From Balanoglossus misakiensis (Eukaryota > Animalia > Hemichordata): a stretch of 64,000 nt of DNA. Made by a program: the position numbers and the translations under genes. The stretch's first letter is position 1. The number at the start of each line of letters is the position of its first letter. The notes below the pieces were generated by a model that saw only the letters and a list, made by a program, of their open reading frames with translations, was not told the origin of the DNA and did no database searches. Shown one piece after another: positions 38,106-51,285 of this stretch. Location of the stretch: positions 1 to 64,000 of the forward strand of contig CM082577.2 of NCBI GenBank assembly GCA_040954595.2, in the 5' to 3' direction.

Positions 38106-39013
38106 GCTTCTATTGTCATTTTCACGAAATTTTACACATAGCTTAGTCCAGCAAATATAAATTCATTGGTCAAATAAAATATAGGGGTCACCGCGCTCTA
38201 TTTTGAGATAAATTGCGTTAAAAATTTTGCCCATAGACAAACCATTGGTGAAAAATGCTGAGTCAGCAGATTTCTTCTATTATCGACCAAATTCATGGCT
38301 TTGTATTTCATAAACAAGCGTGGTGACCCCTTTATTTTATTACGGATTGTCATTATACCGTACTTGCCCGGGTAAGAGCCCCGGGTGCTGGGCCCATAGA
38401 TTGGCGAAAAAACAGGGGGGGGGGGGGCTTTAGCCCGGACGCAACCTCGACATTTATGCAAATGAGGGCCTATGGACACGAGGAAGGGGTGAATAATGAT
38501 GCAAATAACATGGCCAAACATTTCACGGTCAAACAATGTATTTATTAAATAATAAAACGTTTTTTACCCATAAATCAAATACAGAAAACATATTACAGTC
38601 GCCGCCGTTTAATTGGGACACCATGGGCGCAGACAAAACATCCCGTTTAACCGGGACATTGGTAAATGGTTGATTGATCCCACACATGCATTTAATACTT
38701 AGACGTCGACGGACGGACGCACGTAAATACATCTATCTTAATCGTGGCAATCATGCCTTTCTCTACCGTAATTTTTGAGTGGTTCATTCTCCGAGTCCAA
38801 GTCGTGATCTTCCAATGTTGGGTGTTTCGCGTCGAGGACGGACTGAAGCAGCTCCACGCGGCCGCTTTGGAAAGCTCCCTGGTGACCTCACACGCGGCAG
38901 CGCGTCCATCTACGTGATCGTTGAATTCGAGGCACGGTCTGAGGTCATGTTTTCTAGAGCGGCTATATAGCGTGGCCAGTCGGCCGCGGTGGGTACGATA
39001 ATCAGCGCGAAAG
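38106..39013 (+). repeat. Segmental duplication, proximal (template) copy
   Basis: Matches 35030-35940 and continues into unique sequence. Confidence 0.97.
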
Positions 39014-39226
39014 TAAATCATCATACATTTTTTTTTCACTTTTAGTGACTTTGGGGATGAAAATCCGCCTTTTTTGCATTGCACTTTATTAAATTTCCAA
39101 GAATTTAATGGATATTCGGCCGGGGGGGGGGGGGCTTTAGACCGGATATGACCTCGATCTTCAAATGGGCCCTAAAACCAGGGGTGGCGTTTGTCCGAGC
39201 AGGGGTTCTTACCCGGGCAAGTACGG
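38358..39226. mobile_element. Non-autonomous Tc1/mariner-pogo-like MITE, TA TSD
   Basis: TIRs CCGTACTTGCCCGGGTAAGA(G/A)CCCC / GGGGTTCTTACCCGGGCAAGTACGG, with TA at 38356-38357 and 39227-39228. Confidence 0.9.
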
Positions 39227-42200
39227 TACATACAAAGGAGAATCCAAAAATCGACAATTAAAAAAATTACGCTAAGCTTATCATGAATCTGATCAGATCA
39301 GACACAGTGAAACCATTTGATATGCTTTTGGTATATGCTTGTTCACTGTAGTGTAAAATCAATAATGACCTGTGAAATACTAGTATATTGATCAGCCAAA
39401 TTTGACTTTCTGTGCTCTGAGCTGATGTGAGTCAGCATATTCAGTACTGCAGTACACTGAAAGTATGAACGAACACGCATAAATTTCTGCACAAGGGTGA
39501 ACGCCCTTTTTAAAACACCTTTCGCGTATTGTGTCAGACACCCGATGTTTACGTCATCACTCTGCATTCATATTCATGACGTCCATCTGTATCCTGAATA
39601 GCTTCACGTGGATACCATGTGGTCTTCAATACTGCGAGACAAGGAAGACTCACAACCTTATTACCATCGCTCCACCTTGCCATATTACGGGCGCCGCACA
39701 GAAATGTCATGCGTGACTAGGTTTTTTTCTGTCAGTACTAACAGTCGCCCTCACCCCATTGTCTCAATGTCTGCCAGTTAAAAGCATGCAACGTCATCCT
39801 GTGTGGGTCAGTTAGGCTTGAGCAGCAGTCGGGGTCGTTGTCATCTTCTGAACTCTGACAGTACACTTGATATATTTATCGCGCAAAGTCATAATAATTT
39901 AATCGGCAGCATTATAGCAGGAGTTTGTACACATTCGGCGGCCGGTGGGTGAGCATCATTTTGATTTTTGATTCCAGTCTCTTCCTTAACACAACTACCA
40001 AGTATTGTCATCTGCAACTTTGACTATTGACACAATGTCATGTGCACAGGGAATGCGAAATCCTCAGACGGCGACTGCGTTAACAGTGGATAAATGCGGT
40101 TTTATATTACATAGAGGCTTTTATAAGCTGCTGATAAATGTGCACTGTGTCTATATTGCCAAAAGTTTTTTTTACCAGAATGTACAATAATTGCACTGAG
40201 GTGGGGTGTCATTGTTTCATATTTTGATGCACGTCTATTTTTTGCGACAACGTACATAGTCATACCGTCAAACCATCACTCGTTAAATTTATCCAGACTT
40301 TACTTCTTTGCAGTGTTAATAGTTGGGGAGCTTCCGTTCCGTGCAGTCACACTATTGAAGGTGGGAGAACCCTCCGGTAAAGATCAAAACGGAGGGCCTT
40401 CTCACGTTCATTCGAGTGACTGCGCAAGTGCGTCGTTGGTTTCGTTTTAAATGTGGTGGAAGAGGATGGCGACGACACAGCACATATTATTAAAAGAATG
40501 GATTCAGTTGTCTAACTATATAACCCTTGTTACAACACACGATGACGAGGCTGATACTTGTTCACAGGGAACGCGCGTGTACAATACTTGCGTAACTACT
40601 ATGGCTACAGCCGCATGACCATCCACCGTGATCGATGCGTGATACGCTGATGACGATACCTGTCCTATTGTACAGGGGACTTAACAGCACCAAATAGGTG
40701 GGGTGGCCAGGCGAATTTCAGCTTTGGCCCCTGTATTCCATATGCAGATGGATTTGGTTCATTAATTAATAAACACACAGTAGTTTTGAAGGGAAAAATC
40801 TTAATTTCATCTGACCAAAATATCTTAATATATTGCCACGTTTTCCTCTGGGGTACGACTCTATCATAATCGTACACTTAATAACATTTTTTTTGTTAAC
40901 CCAAGAATGTTTTGGCCTTTTTAGAGCGCTGGATCGGTTCCTTGGATTTCTTTCTACGTGTTTCCTTTTTTTCGTATTTCTTTCTTTCTGTGCCAAATTA
41001 AACGCGCCTGTGACCCCAGTGTACGATATGACCCGCACGAAGTTGTACACTGCAAGGTTGCTCCAAGCTTTTATGCAAATGATTGAAATGCCCTATTTTC
41101 CTTGAAGTTCTGCTGAGGATCATATGGTGACCTGTGATGGCCCTTGACGACGGCAAAATCGGCAACCAGTGTGATCACGCTGATTCTGTATCAGGTACAA
41201 GTTGAGTGTCTATGCGTGTCATAAAAAACAGACGTTCTGAAGTCACACCACACGGTCGTCAATGGAGCTGTATATTCGATCAGCAACTGAATGACGGAGG
41301 ACACACATTTTGTGTGCGTGCCGCCGCTTCACAGAAACTGTTGATATTAAATTATGACACATGACTTGTGGTGGTGATAGGTTTAATCACTGTTCGTATT
41401 TTATGGCAACTTCTTTAATTTGTCAGCACTAACTCGCCTTTCAAGTTTCACGCCTAAATAAAAACTTGTCATTATTTATGTGACACTCGGAAAAAAAGTA
41501 TTTATTGGAAATCTTCCTGTACAAATTGACTGAGGCTCAAACGCCACTCATGACATTTATCAGTTTACCGATGCAAAGTCTTGCACATGGCGCTTGCATC
41601 ATACTCTGGACTTTGGACCCATCGAACAATTGCCTTGCTTGATTTGTTCAACTAAAAGTTACAAAAAATGTTATTGTCGATTTTATCAACTGCAACCTAA
41701 GTGGCAATTACGAAGATGAAGAGAAACGCTTAGATCGACAAATACCTTGATTTCAGCACAATAGTTCTCACGATGACCCGACGATGGTTTACGCTGGCGT
41801 GCTGCTTTCTCGCACAGTTCTTTCCTGAAGTCCTCTCAGAAGAAAGTAACAGGTTCACTTCACTTACAGTTGCTGGCGTAGACATGCATTTTAAGTCCGA
41901 GAACAACGCTGAATTCAAACCAACAGGACATACCCGACGTGCTGAACTTCAACACCGAGCTCCCACGTGGATTACAAGATTCCAGTCCCCGTCGCTCATG
42001 GCCGAGTACAACTTGTCTGTTTTCTGGTCGGCTCACGCCACTTGACTGCCGTTGCAGAGAGTCAAAAAAAAAAAAAAAACCTTACGTTATATTCAAAATA
42101 CCCAGGTGTACGGCTACTACAGCTAACGCTATGTTAATGACGTACACCCTTATTGTTCATTCACCACTGATATTTAAATTATATGCATTCGTAGTACAAT

Positions 42201-42685
42201 CGTAACACTATCCAAGTGTTCCGTTTTCTCGCGTTTCAAAAGATTTGTGGACCAGTATAGTGGCACAGTAACATTGGAGAATCTGGGGTAAATTTACATT
42301 TAAACAGCTCGGCGTCATTCAGCCCGACTTGTAATAAATTAGGGTTTTTCTTTTCTCTATCTTAATCTCCATTGTATAGGCCTATGTTTTTTTGCTAGGC
42401 ACACGTAATATTGTACTCCCAATATAAAAAAAGCACGCGTCCTCGCGGCGGAAAGCCGTCCGCCCGAGGAAAGGGAGCGAATGTTCATCTGTGCGCGTGC
42501 CCACAGCAATGTTTTTAGTCGGGAAGATCTGTCGCTGGAAGCACAGTCAACCAATGTGATAAGCTCCGTATCGCTGACAGTGGACCTAATAACGAGGAAA
42601 ATACTTCATCCTCGGGCTTTCAAAGAAATTACAGAATAAAAAAATTACATTCGTTTTCAACTTCATTTTTGTCACATATTTAACA

Positions 42686-43066
42686 TCATACTCTTTCATA
42701 TACATCATTTTTCAGTATTCTGTCTGTTTCAATACGCAAATAATGAGAACATCTCAAGTGTGATAATTTAGATAAATGTGCATTGATCTTTACAACGGAA
42801 AGATACTTTCCCGACGTAAGTGAACACTTAAATTCTCGAAAACAGGATCTTAGTTTGTCAAGATTGTCAAGAGTGGAACTTTCACTGTACCAATTATTGC
42901 GTAAATAGCTCTTAAAATTCTCTACAAAAGTACACATGAATCGGTTCTCATCAGGAACTTCTCGTCGCTCCCATACATCTTGCAAATTACATAGGTAAAG
43001 TAAATTTTTAATGTGGTGTATCCACGTGGGGTTCGACCTTAAAGGGAAGCGGTCGTCGCGCCGCAT
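42686..43066 (-). mobile_element. Degraded non-LTR retrotransposon (RTE-X-like LINE) ORF2 C-terminal fragment
   Basis: Translation has W..HIKNLL..C.L.DVW, KLRS...FK....KYL and LSHLRCSHYLRIETDR...ER, the pattern of the post-RT C-terminal region of RTE-X-like LINEs. Confidence 0.75.
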
Positions 43067-46000
43067 TTATTTATAAACATTACAATTCATTCACAAATCC
43101 CTAAAATTAGATAATTCTTAGAATGAACGAAGCAGCCAACCGTAGCAAAGACTTGGCATGACAGCAACTGAAGATCCTAGTAGGTCTTCGCAACTGTAGT
43201 GAGGTTTGTGCTGGTATGAGAGGACATATTCTCATCAAGGGGGACACTCATATGATTTAGCATTTGATAGCACTTCATTAGATCAAATGAAATTTGCCTC
43301 GGTGTTTTGCCCAATCAACACGGTCTGTGAGACACTTATTTACTTGGCATTGACAACGTGCTGCTGACTGTCTGTTGTTATTAGACGAACGGCAGTGTTT
43401 GACGCAAATCCAGTTACTGGTGGCGCTATGGCGCGAAACCCTCAACTGGGTGTGGGTCAATGACCGCCAAGAGTTAAGCGCTGGAATTCGCCTCAGGACA
43501 ATGCCCCGGAAGATAACGTTTCACGAAACTTTCTTGCTCGTAGCTAGTTTTTTTGCATAACCCCTCAAAAGGTTACACGAGTGACGTCAAAAATTAAGTT
43601 ACTTACCAAAATTCAGCGCATGACGCGTGTGTAAGCTGGACTTTGAACCCATCGCATGACTGCCTCTGCCTTGATTGGCCCAACTAAAAGTAATAATAAT
43701 AGTCTATCGAAGATTGTATCTAGTGCAAAGTGAGCGACAGTTATTTATAAAGATACAAGAAGTTCTGTGGTAGGCATTCATCTCTGATTAGGACTGCTGA
43801 ACAACATAAGATCGCCGTTCGCGTACAATGTACTTTTAATCGTTAATGCTCCATGCAACAGGTGTCGGTTATACCCTTTTGCGGCAGGTGAGTTTCACTG
43901 GCGTTTAGCTCTTCATTCACTCTCCGTTTCCTCGAGCTTTTTATTCAAATAACAGTTAGCCATACACGTGAAAGGCAGAGACACCAAACTTGAAAGCTCT
44001 CCAAGTTTCGGTAACACGCCAACTCCAACGTCGACCAACCAATGAAACAGTGAAACTTCCTCACAGTTTGTTCTACAAGCTTCGTATTGCAAATGCATGT
44101 TTGGTAAACTCACTCCAGGATTTCGGTGCGTGCAGAATGACAAAAATAAATCAACGGAGGATCGATGGTTAGTCAAGTCTAGCTGAACAACGCTATGACT
44201 GTGTCGCATCTCTGCTTTCGCGACAAAGGGGAGTCCTTTGTTTCTGTTTCTGTTTTAACTGCCAACGGAGAAACGGCTTGAAATCATTGCCCGTGCCCGT
44301 GGACGGCAACCTGCAGATTTTCATGCAATTACGCTAATGAAGGTGGGAGATCCCTCCGGAAACTTAAGCGGAGCGACCGCTCACGTTCACTCGAGTTTTT
44401 GCAGCCGAGGCGTCGGATCGTCGAGGACAGCCACATAATTGTTTTGTTTTGTAATTTACATCATTACATCAACTATATCCCTGAAACATTGTCGTTGCCA
44501 TCGGTACGGTGGGTCTTAATGTAAGTTCGCGTTGATTAATTTTTTGATGATTGCGTGGCAAACCTTGTCACCACGGCCACGGCGATATACACTTTCGTTA
44601 TACTTAGTTACGAGGCGAGTTAAGTAATGATTCAAAATGCTTTTGAATGATCATCGTGATCGCTCCCGTCCCAAGTTGAAGTTGCATTTTCCGAGTTAGC
44701 AAAGCAAGTGTAACTGGAGGTCCTCCACAGTCCCTGTTCAAGTCCAACCTTCCGCACTGTTCACTTTTAACCTGCGTTGCATAACAATTCGTGTACAGAC
44801 GTCATTTAGCTGATGTCTACTTCATAATTCTTCTGTGTGGGGCGAATTGGCAGACATTTAAGTTGCCAGTCTCGTTTATTAAAATAAATCTACTGACAGG
44901 GTTCTTTGTATTATTGATTTATTATCTCATTTCAAATAAAAGCATAAATTTAATCTTATGATTGTTGCCAATAAACACTGCATATAACAGCGAAGAAATT
45001 ATACACAACTGTTTGGGTTTGAACAAGAACCACCCCTAACAGCACTTACGAAAGGGCAGGTAGATTATACTTTTACACACAGGGGGCGCTCTTTAAGAAG
45101 ACGGCGTCAAATGTCCACCGGGTTTGGTAGGTTATTGCCTGAACAGTTAATGAACAGTCCTCTTCTACCATAAATGAACTCAAGACTAACTAAATGTAAG
45201 GCCCTTACAGACACATCTGCTGTTTTCCGTCGATCAATGTTCAAAATCATCCGAAAAGACTTACAGTTTGCAGACTCAGAGTTAAAATTCTCTACTATGA
45301 CCAACAAACATGAATTCCTAGCCACATCTATGATGTAACACAGGATTTTAAAACAATAAAAACTAGGTTTTCAGAACAAAAAGGAATTGTAAGCATGTTT
45401 TTGGAAGTCATGGTATAAAAAATGAAAATGTGTAGATCAATTCGTAGTGTCTCATCACCATGGCCATAGGTGAGCATTCCGAGGAAAATATACATGTACA
45501 TTGTATACTGGTAGTAGATACATCATTTGACAAATGCTTCATGGTCTCTAAATATTTCACACAAAGTACCTAATGATATGTATAACACCAGACTCAGGCT
45601 CAAACCAGACTCTTTTCCCCTCATAACAAAGCAAATTGTAATATAAACGTATATCAGCTGTATGTACACCAATGAGTGCCTTATGACTGCAGCATTAAAA
45701 CCACAGATAATAGATCTGCTGAAAATTAAAATAGTTGAGTCTGTGACCACATGTAAGGGTTTGGCCATCTCTCCGGGAATATGCCAAAATAGAACTGAAC
45801 AAGCTCTGAAACAAGAAAGTGATGACATCATTTGTGTGCTGAATGAATTTAAAATTACAATCACTAAAGTCTCAAATTTGACTAACGGAAAAACGCAAAT
45901 AAGTAAAAAAAAATTGCCTGCAATTAAACCATTGTACAGTCATTCTTCCATATGAATAACTGAAAGTATATTTGTTTGTTGTAGTCTTCTTTCTTATCTG

Positions 46001-46762
46001 AACAATACATGGAAACCTTTGAAAGGTAATCGGAAAGATCATCATACTGATCATGGTAAAATTCCGTAAGGATTTATTCGCTAGAATACTGTTACTATAT
46101 TATGAATGACACGAATACTGGGCTATATCACAGACAATTTTGTGTCATGGTCCCAAAAAAATAAACTATTTTCCCAAAAGAAATATCTTGTAAATATACA
46201 TTTTTGCAAATCTAAGAAATGTCTTATATCTCAAGGTATAATGTGTAAATTTACTTTGCTATATATATATACATCAGCTGGACTCTAACAATATGCTGTA
46301 GCAATAAAGCAATGATTAGTTACGTAGCAGATTGTCTTTGAAAGAAAAATGAAAGACCCAATCGCTCTCTTATTCTGCAGCTTTTTCTTTCCTGACAGAG
46401 CTGGGAATATCCTGGATGCGAGTTGAATGTACAGGGAATATACCATTTTCAGGTCAAAACATCATTTTCTCTTTTGTAGAGCTACATATTCAGCAGCGTA
46501 TGAAAGCAAACTTGATTGATCAGAGCTTGATACCGGTGTGGAGCGGGCTGTTCTTCACCCATTCCCAATACTGGTCTATCAATTGGTGAATTTACACACT
46601 GCAGCTGTCTTCTACAGAATACCTTTGCTTGCTCTGTTGACATGGGACTATGCTCAAAACTGATTGCGCTTAAAGCCATCCCTAAGTTTATAAATAAACT
46701 ACACTATCTGGCGCGGGTAAACATCTAAACTCCAACTAATGATGTTACGTTTTTAGGGGTGT

Positions 46763-47328
46763 TCAATTTTCAGCGGCCTCAAAACACATGCCTTCCATTT
46801 GTTTTTGCAAAGATGCATTTTCTATGCTGGCCTCTCTTTGACAGGAGTCAGTCCTTTCCGTGGCTGCCGCCTCAGGTGTTTGACTGTGGACCTTTGACCT
46901 TTCCACATTGGCAACTTTGTCAACTTTCTCCGTATCCTGCTTCTTTTCATGAGAGCTCAATTTATCTGATTCCTCACCAGAGTCATTTTCAGGTTTGATG
47001 TCAAATTCAAATTTGAATGTGCCACCACAACTTGCGCCCTCAGAGTTCCTGTCCCTAGACGAACTTTGTCCTCCAGATGCACTCCGGTTGTGTCTTGTTT
47101 CACCATCCACAGACTTGTCCTCCTGCTTGTCTTTGTCTCCTGCATCACCACGGCAATTAATGCTATCTGTAGCTTTCTCATTTTCCACATCCTTCTCTTG
47201 AGACTCGCCGTTCTGTTGTGATAGTATATTGCCAGCGTCTTCTTTATTGACAGAGGAGGCCCTTCTCAGGAATCTACCGACCTGGTTTTGGGACGTTTCA
47301 GCTGGCTTTATAAAGCCCTTCTTCATGG
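46763..47328 (-). CDS. C8orf33: UPF0488/C8orf33 homolog, last coding exon
   Basis: Acceptor tacacAG at 47330-47329. Phase 1 (G+CC=Ala) matches the upstream exon. Encodes GRFLRR and the FKFEF motif (FRFNF-like in the family), then a charged tail and stop at 46763. Confidence 0.8.
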
Positions 47329-48229
47329 CTGTGTACGAAGTGAAGGTTTTTAATGAGTAAATTATGGATGAATAACACGGGATGATTTTGTTTCAAGTAA
47401 AAATATCCACTTAATTCACACCGACAACGGAGATAGCTTTCATCTCCTTTTAGTTTCAAGGCCACTGCCCAGCATGTAGTGCAGAAAAAATACATCATTT
47501 CCTTGCAGTATGAATGCAGAGTGCAAGGTTGACACAAATTTCTGATATTGTCATCGGTTTATAAGTATAATTTTCTTAATGGCAAAGTTTCATTTGACAT
47601 ATTTTTCTATGAAGTGATCCACAATTATGAAGTAGTCATGACTGGCTTGCGTTTGGAGCAATTTACAGAATTACTGCTCCCACATTAGACCATACATCAG
47701 CTCAAAATAAACAAATCTATATCAACTTCAGTACCTACACAACAAGTTGCAAAGTAATGTGACCATTATTTTTTAAATATCAGCTTATTTGCAAGTAGTA
47801 CTGACACATTTAAAAAAAAAGTACCATCCAAAGTCCCTGTCCCGGATGTACTGGCAAACCAAATAAAAAGGTGAAACACATGGTGGTTATCAAGAGTGCA
47901 GAGAAGGCACATGCAAAGACTCTGACTGATCCCATAAGGCCCAACCACTATACAAATATATACATGTACATATAGACCATGGAAGGTACTCAAAACTGTC
48001 AATGTACAGTTAGTCACCCGGGAAAAATAAGCTATCTATTCTGCACTGTGGTACACCTTTTCAATGCTACAGAACTTAACACCATTGGTAATGAAGCACA
48101 GTAGGATTTCACAGAATAATATCGCAGTCAAAATTCAATTCATGTGTGAGAATGAACATTAATAATTACATTCTGATGTTCACAAAAAATCATACAGCGA
48201 ATGTGATTGTTGATAACGTAGCCACACAC

Positions 48230-48364
48230 CTGCTGCGTGTTTCTTCTTCTCGTCCTGCATTTTCGTTCGGTAATCCCCAAACGTTGCATGCATGACTTGT
48301 CTCTTCTTTGCCATGGGGGCTTTAGAGGACTTCAAGGTCCGAAGAATCTTCTCCGTTTCTTGTC
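48230..48364 (-). CDS. C8orf33: UPF0488/C8orf33 homolog, internal exon
   Basis: QETEKILRTLKSSKAPMAKKRQVMHATFGDYRTKMQDE matches the family core (IRTLRS..TPL..KRQLM..LFGDYR..M). AG/GT borders, phase 1-1. Confidence 0.92.
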
Positions 48365-48908
48365 CTGATTGACAAAAACAAAATATACAGCCATGACTTG
48401 TGGGATAGAAAAATGTACAAAAACCACATACAACAACCAGAGGTTTCAATTCTATCAAATGCTATGTTTTTACTACATCAGACCAACCTTTCCTTGTGGC
48501 CCTATCAGATTGCTTGTATGTTTGCCTGTTAGAAAAACTGAAACTGACTCAAGTTTAACGTTTAAAATATTACCATGGTACATGTAGTAATGTAAATAAA
48601 TTTTTACAATGGTTCAGAGATTTTGGTTGACCAAGTCTACTGTCAACATGTAGATTGTTGACAGAATAATTAGTCGTTCAGCAGAGAAACATAATAAATT
48701 AAAGATGGGTGTTCTCTCCTTGTGCTGTATGATAAAGTAATTCTTCACGATGGAGGAAAACTTGTAATTTCAAATGAGAAGAAAACTAAAATGTTGGTCC
48801 AAGACATCATTACCTCAACTCTTTGATCATGGCAAGACTTAGGGGCTTGAAAAAGGAGAGGGGGGGGGGGAACGACAGAGAAAGAAAGAACTGTGTTAAA
48901 ATGCTTAC

Positions 48909-48999
48909 TTTGAAGTTTGGTTGCCTTGGGGTTTAAGAGACCAATCTCCAGTTGTTCTATACACCAACACAACTCCTTCTGAAACTTCTCAGCCCCCGA
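48909..48999 (-). CDS. C8orf33: UPF0488/C8orf33 homolog, internal exon
   Basis: SGAEKFQKELCWCIEQLEIGLLNPKATKLQ matches the family ELAWCVEQLELGL motif. Polypyrimidine ttgcAG acceptor, GTAAGC donor, phase 0-1. Confidence 0.92.
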
Positions 49000-49600
49000 C
49001 TGCAACAAAGAAGAAAAGACATTTCACAATCATGGACTTGGTATAGTTTCTGGACAGCAGGATTTGGCTCAGGGTCGTGACGTCGCATCCGTTTCAAGAA
49101 AAGTTTGATGAAAGTTTGTGTGATTTTCATAAATTTAGAGCTTCAAAACTATAATTTTTTAATATTCTGACTAATAGTTTTCTTCTGGTGACAGTTGGGA
49201 AGGATAATAAAATAATATGCCTAAATGTTCAATGATCACCATGTTTCAGTGATTGTAACATTAACCTTTGTGCTCATGGGGTTAAATGTTTTAATACAAA
49301 CATAAAGTAGTTCCACGTTGTTTGTGCCACCAAAACCAATAAAATCAGAAATACTATGTACATATGCAATGCAGTTAGGTACATCACATATCCTTCGATA
49401 AGACTGATACTTCCCTTATAACCAAATGGCACAAATCGAAATGATGGAAGGTGTGTATTGACTTGCGATATCTTTGTAAGATTGTTTAGTGGAAAATTAA
49501 TGATTTTCAGAAATGAATCGATATAACTGGACTTTTAATGTCTTTTTCAATGGATAATGTTGTCTGTTGGTCTGTCTGAGTGCCTCTCCTCTCCCCCCCT

Positions 49601-49626
49601 TCTCTCTCTCTCTCTCTCTCTCTCTC
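49601..49626. repeat. (CT)n microsatellite
   Basis: About 13 TC units in an intron. Confidence 0.9.
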
Positions 49627-50621
49627 GCTCCCAACCCCTCCCTTTCACTAAGTCAAATGAAAGGTTGGACAAGGTCAAATAACCCCCACACACAGAAACT
49701 GAGTTCGGGTATTGAATCCATTAGACTATTAAGTGAATATTGATTGACTAGAACTATTGATTTCAATAGAGACTCAGGTTAAGCAAATGTAAGTAAACAT
49801 ACTGTACATTCTTTGAAGCTGTGGTGTGTGGATCCAAAAGGTCAGAGAACTCAATAGGTTAGAAGTGAAGTTTAAAAACAAGTACATGTACAAATATTGT
49901 GTATTTTAAAGGCTTGCATCTCTCATTTCAGTTATTTGTTCAACATGTTACCACATTTCTTCTTCTCACCAACAGAATTTGGCAATTTATGAATGTTTCC
50001 TCATTTTGGAGTCCCATTTACTGTTGGGCAATTAGGATATTCTTGTGGAAAAGCTTATCCTTTTCATAAGCCATGTTTAGTTTCCGAAAATTCATCCCAC
50101 AGAAGCATATCCAGCTGGTTCCTTGCACATAATTGGTTTGTTTTACATGCTGCACCAGTGCAAAAGTCTGTAGATAGATTTTTAGCCTAGGCAGGTGGAC
50201 AACTGAAAGGTGAGTCTCTGCTGAAGTGAGCATAATCACTGGTCAGGGAGGCCTGTATGCCTTCCTCTGCCATTTAGTTCTGGTCATGGCAGGATGAGAA
50301 TTTTGTATGAGTGCCGTGCACTTCAATCACAGCAACAAGGTGGGAAGATCCAGAGATTAATAATTTAATTCCTGAAAGTTTCAAGAAGTAAATAATGTAA
50401 CTAGAAGACAAGAAATTAGACCTTCAATGTGCAAACTGGTCCATCTTTTCATTTCATCTGTCATCTCCTGCTGATACCTGTTGCTATGACAACTTGAGAG
50501 ATAAAGGGGGCCCATTACCAACACAGAGTGTCTGTCCTTCCAGGAAAGTTTTCACTCGGGGCAAAACGTGGATTAGTTGGCAGGGGAAAATGTGAGGAAA
50601 ATTACTCTTAAGAGAAATTAC

Positions 50622-50711
50622 CTCTTCCTCATCTTCATTTTGTTCCACTGTTCTTGCCGACTGGTTTTCTTCACCGAGTACATACCGTCTTCGATCTCTG
50701 TCCAAGTATTC
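50622..50711 (-). CDS. Probable upstream exon of the C8orf33 homolog (EYLDRDRRRY...EDEEE)
   Basis: ttcttttcatgtccaAG acceptor and GTAATT donor. 90 bp, phase 0-0, compatible with the exon starting at 48999. No recognisable homology. Confidence 0.6.
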
Positions 50712-51047
50712 CTTGGACATGAAAAGAAATTTGCTGATGTAGATCAAATGTGACCTTCACGATGAGTATGTATGCCATTTAATAATAACTTTGTGTCGTG
50801 TCACATGCCCGTCCCCCCCCCCCCCACACACACACACACAAACAAAAAGGCTAGCTAAATGTACATAATGTGACCCACCAGAAAGGTAGTGTTCCTTAAA
50901 GATTTACCATGAACATGGTCAGGCGACAATGCATTCAAAGTGCCCTGAAGTAAAAATGGAATACCTCGGTAGTTGAGATGAAGTCACATGACAATTCTCC
51001 CAACATACTGCTCTGACATGTTTTTTTTCTTCTTCTTCTCTATTTAC

Positions 51048-51189
51048 CTGTCTCTGCTGTTCTTTTACAAGTTTGTTGCGTTGCTTTACAGCAGTCCGTC
51101 TCCTCTGATTTCTCTTCTGTGTCTCCGACCTCGATTTGCTCATCTCATGAGCCACCCTCCATATTGGATTCATCTTCTGATTTTGCTCT
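51048..51189 (-). CDS. Probable upstream exon of the C8orf33 homolog (basic, K/R/Q-rich); may hold the start ATG at 51173
   Basis: cttcccccAG acceptor and CAG|GTAAAT donor in phase 0. Only one frame is open. Confidence 0.55.
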
Positions 51190-51285
51190 CTGGGGGAAGT
51201 TTGGTGAATGTTAGGCAATGTCCACATATTATAACACACAGTACATTGATAGACAAAGACATATATACATATATGTATATGTTAA

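Noticed and set aside
45033-45041. Isolated CCCTAAC motifs (also ~3774) as telomerase RNA template or interstitial telomere
   Set aside because: These are single short matches expected by chance. I could identify no pseudoknot or H/ACA context.
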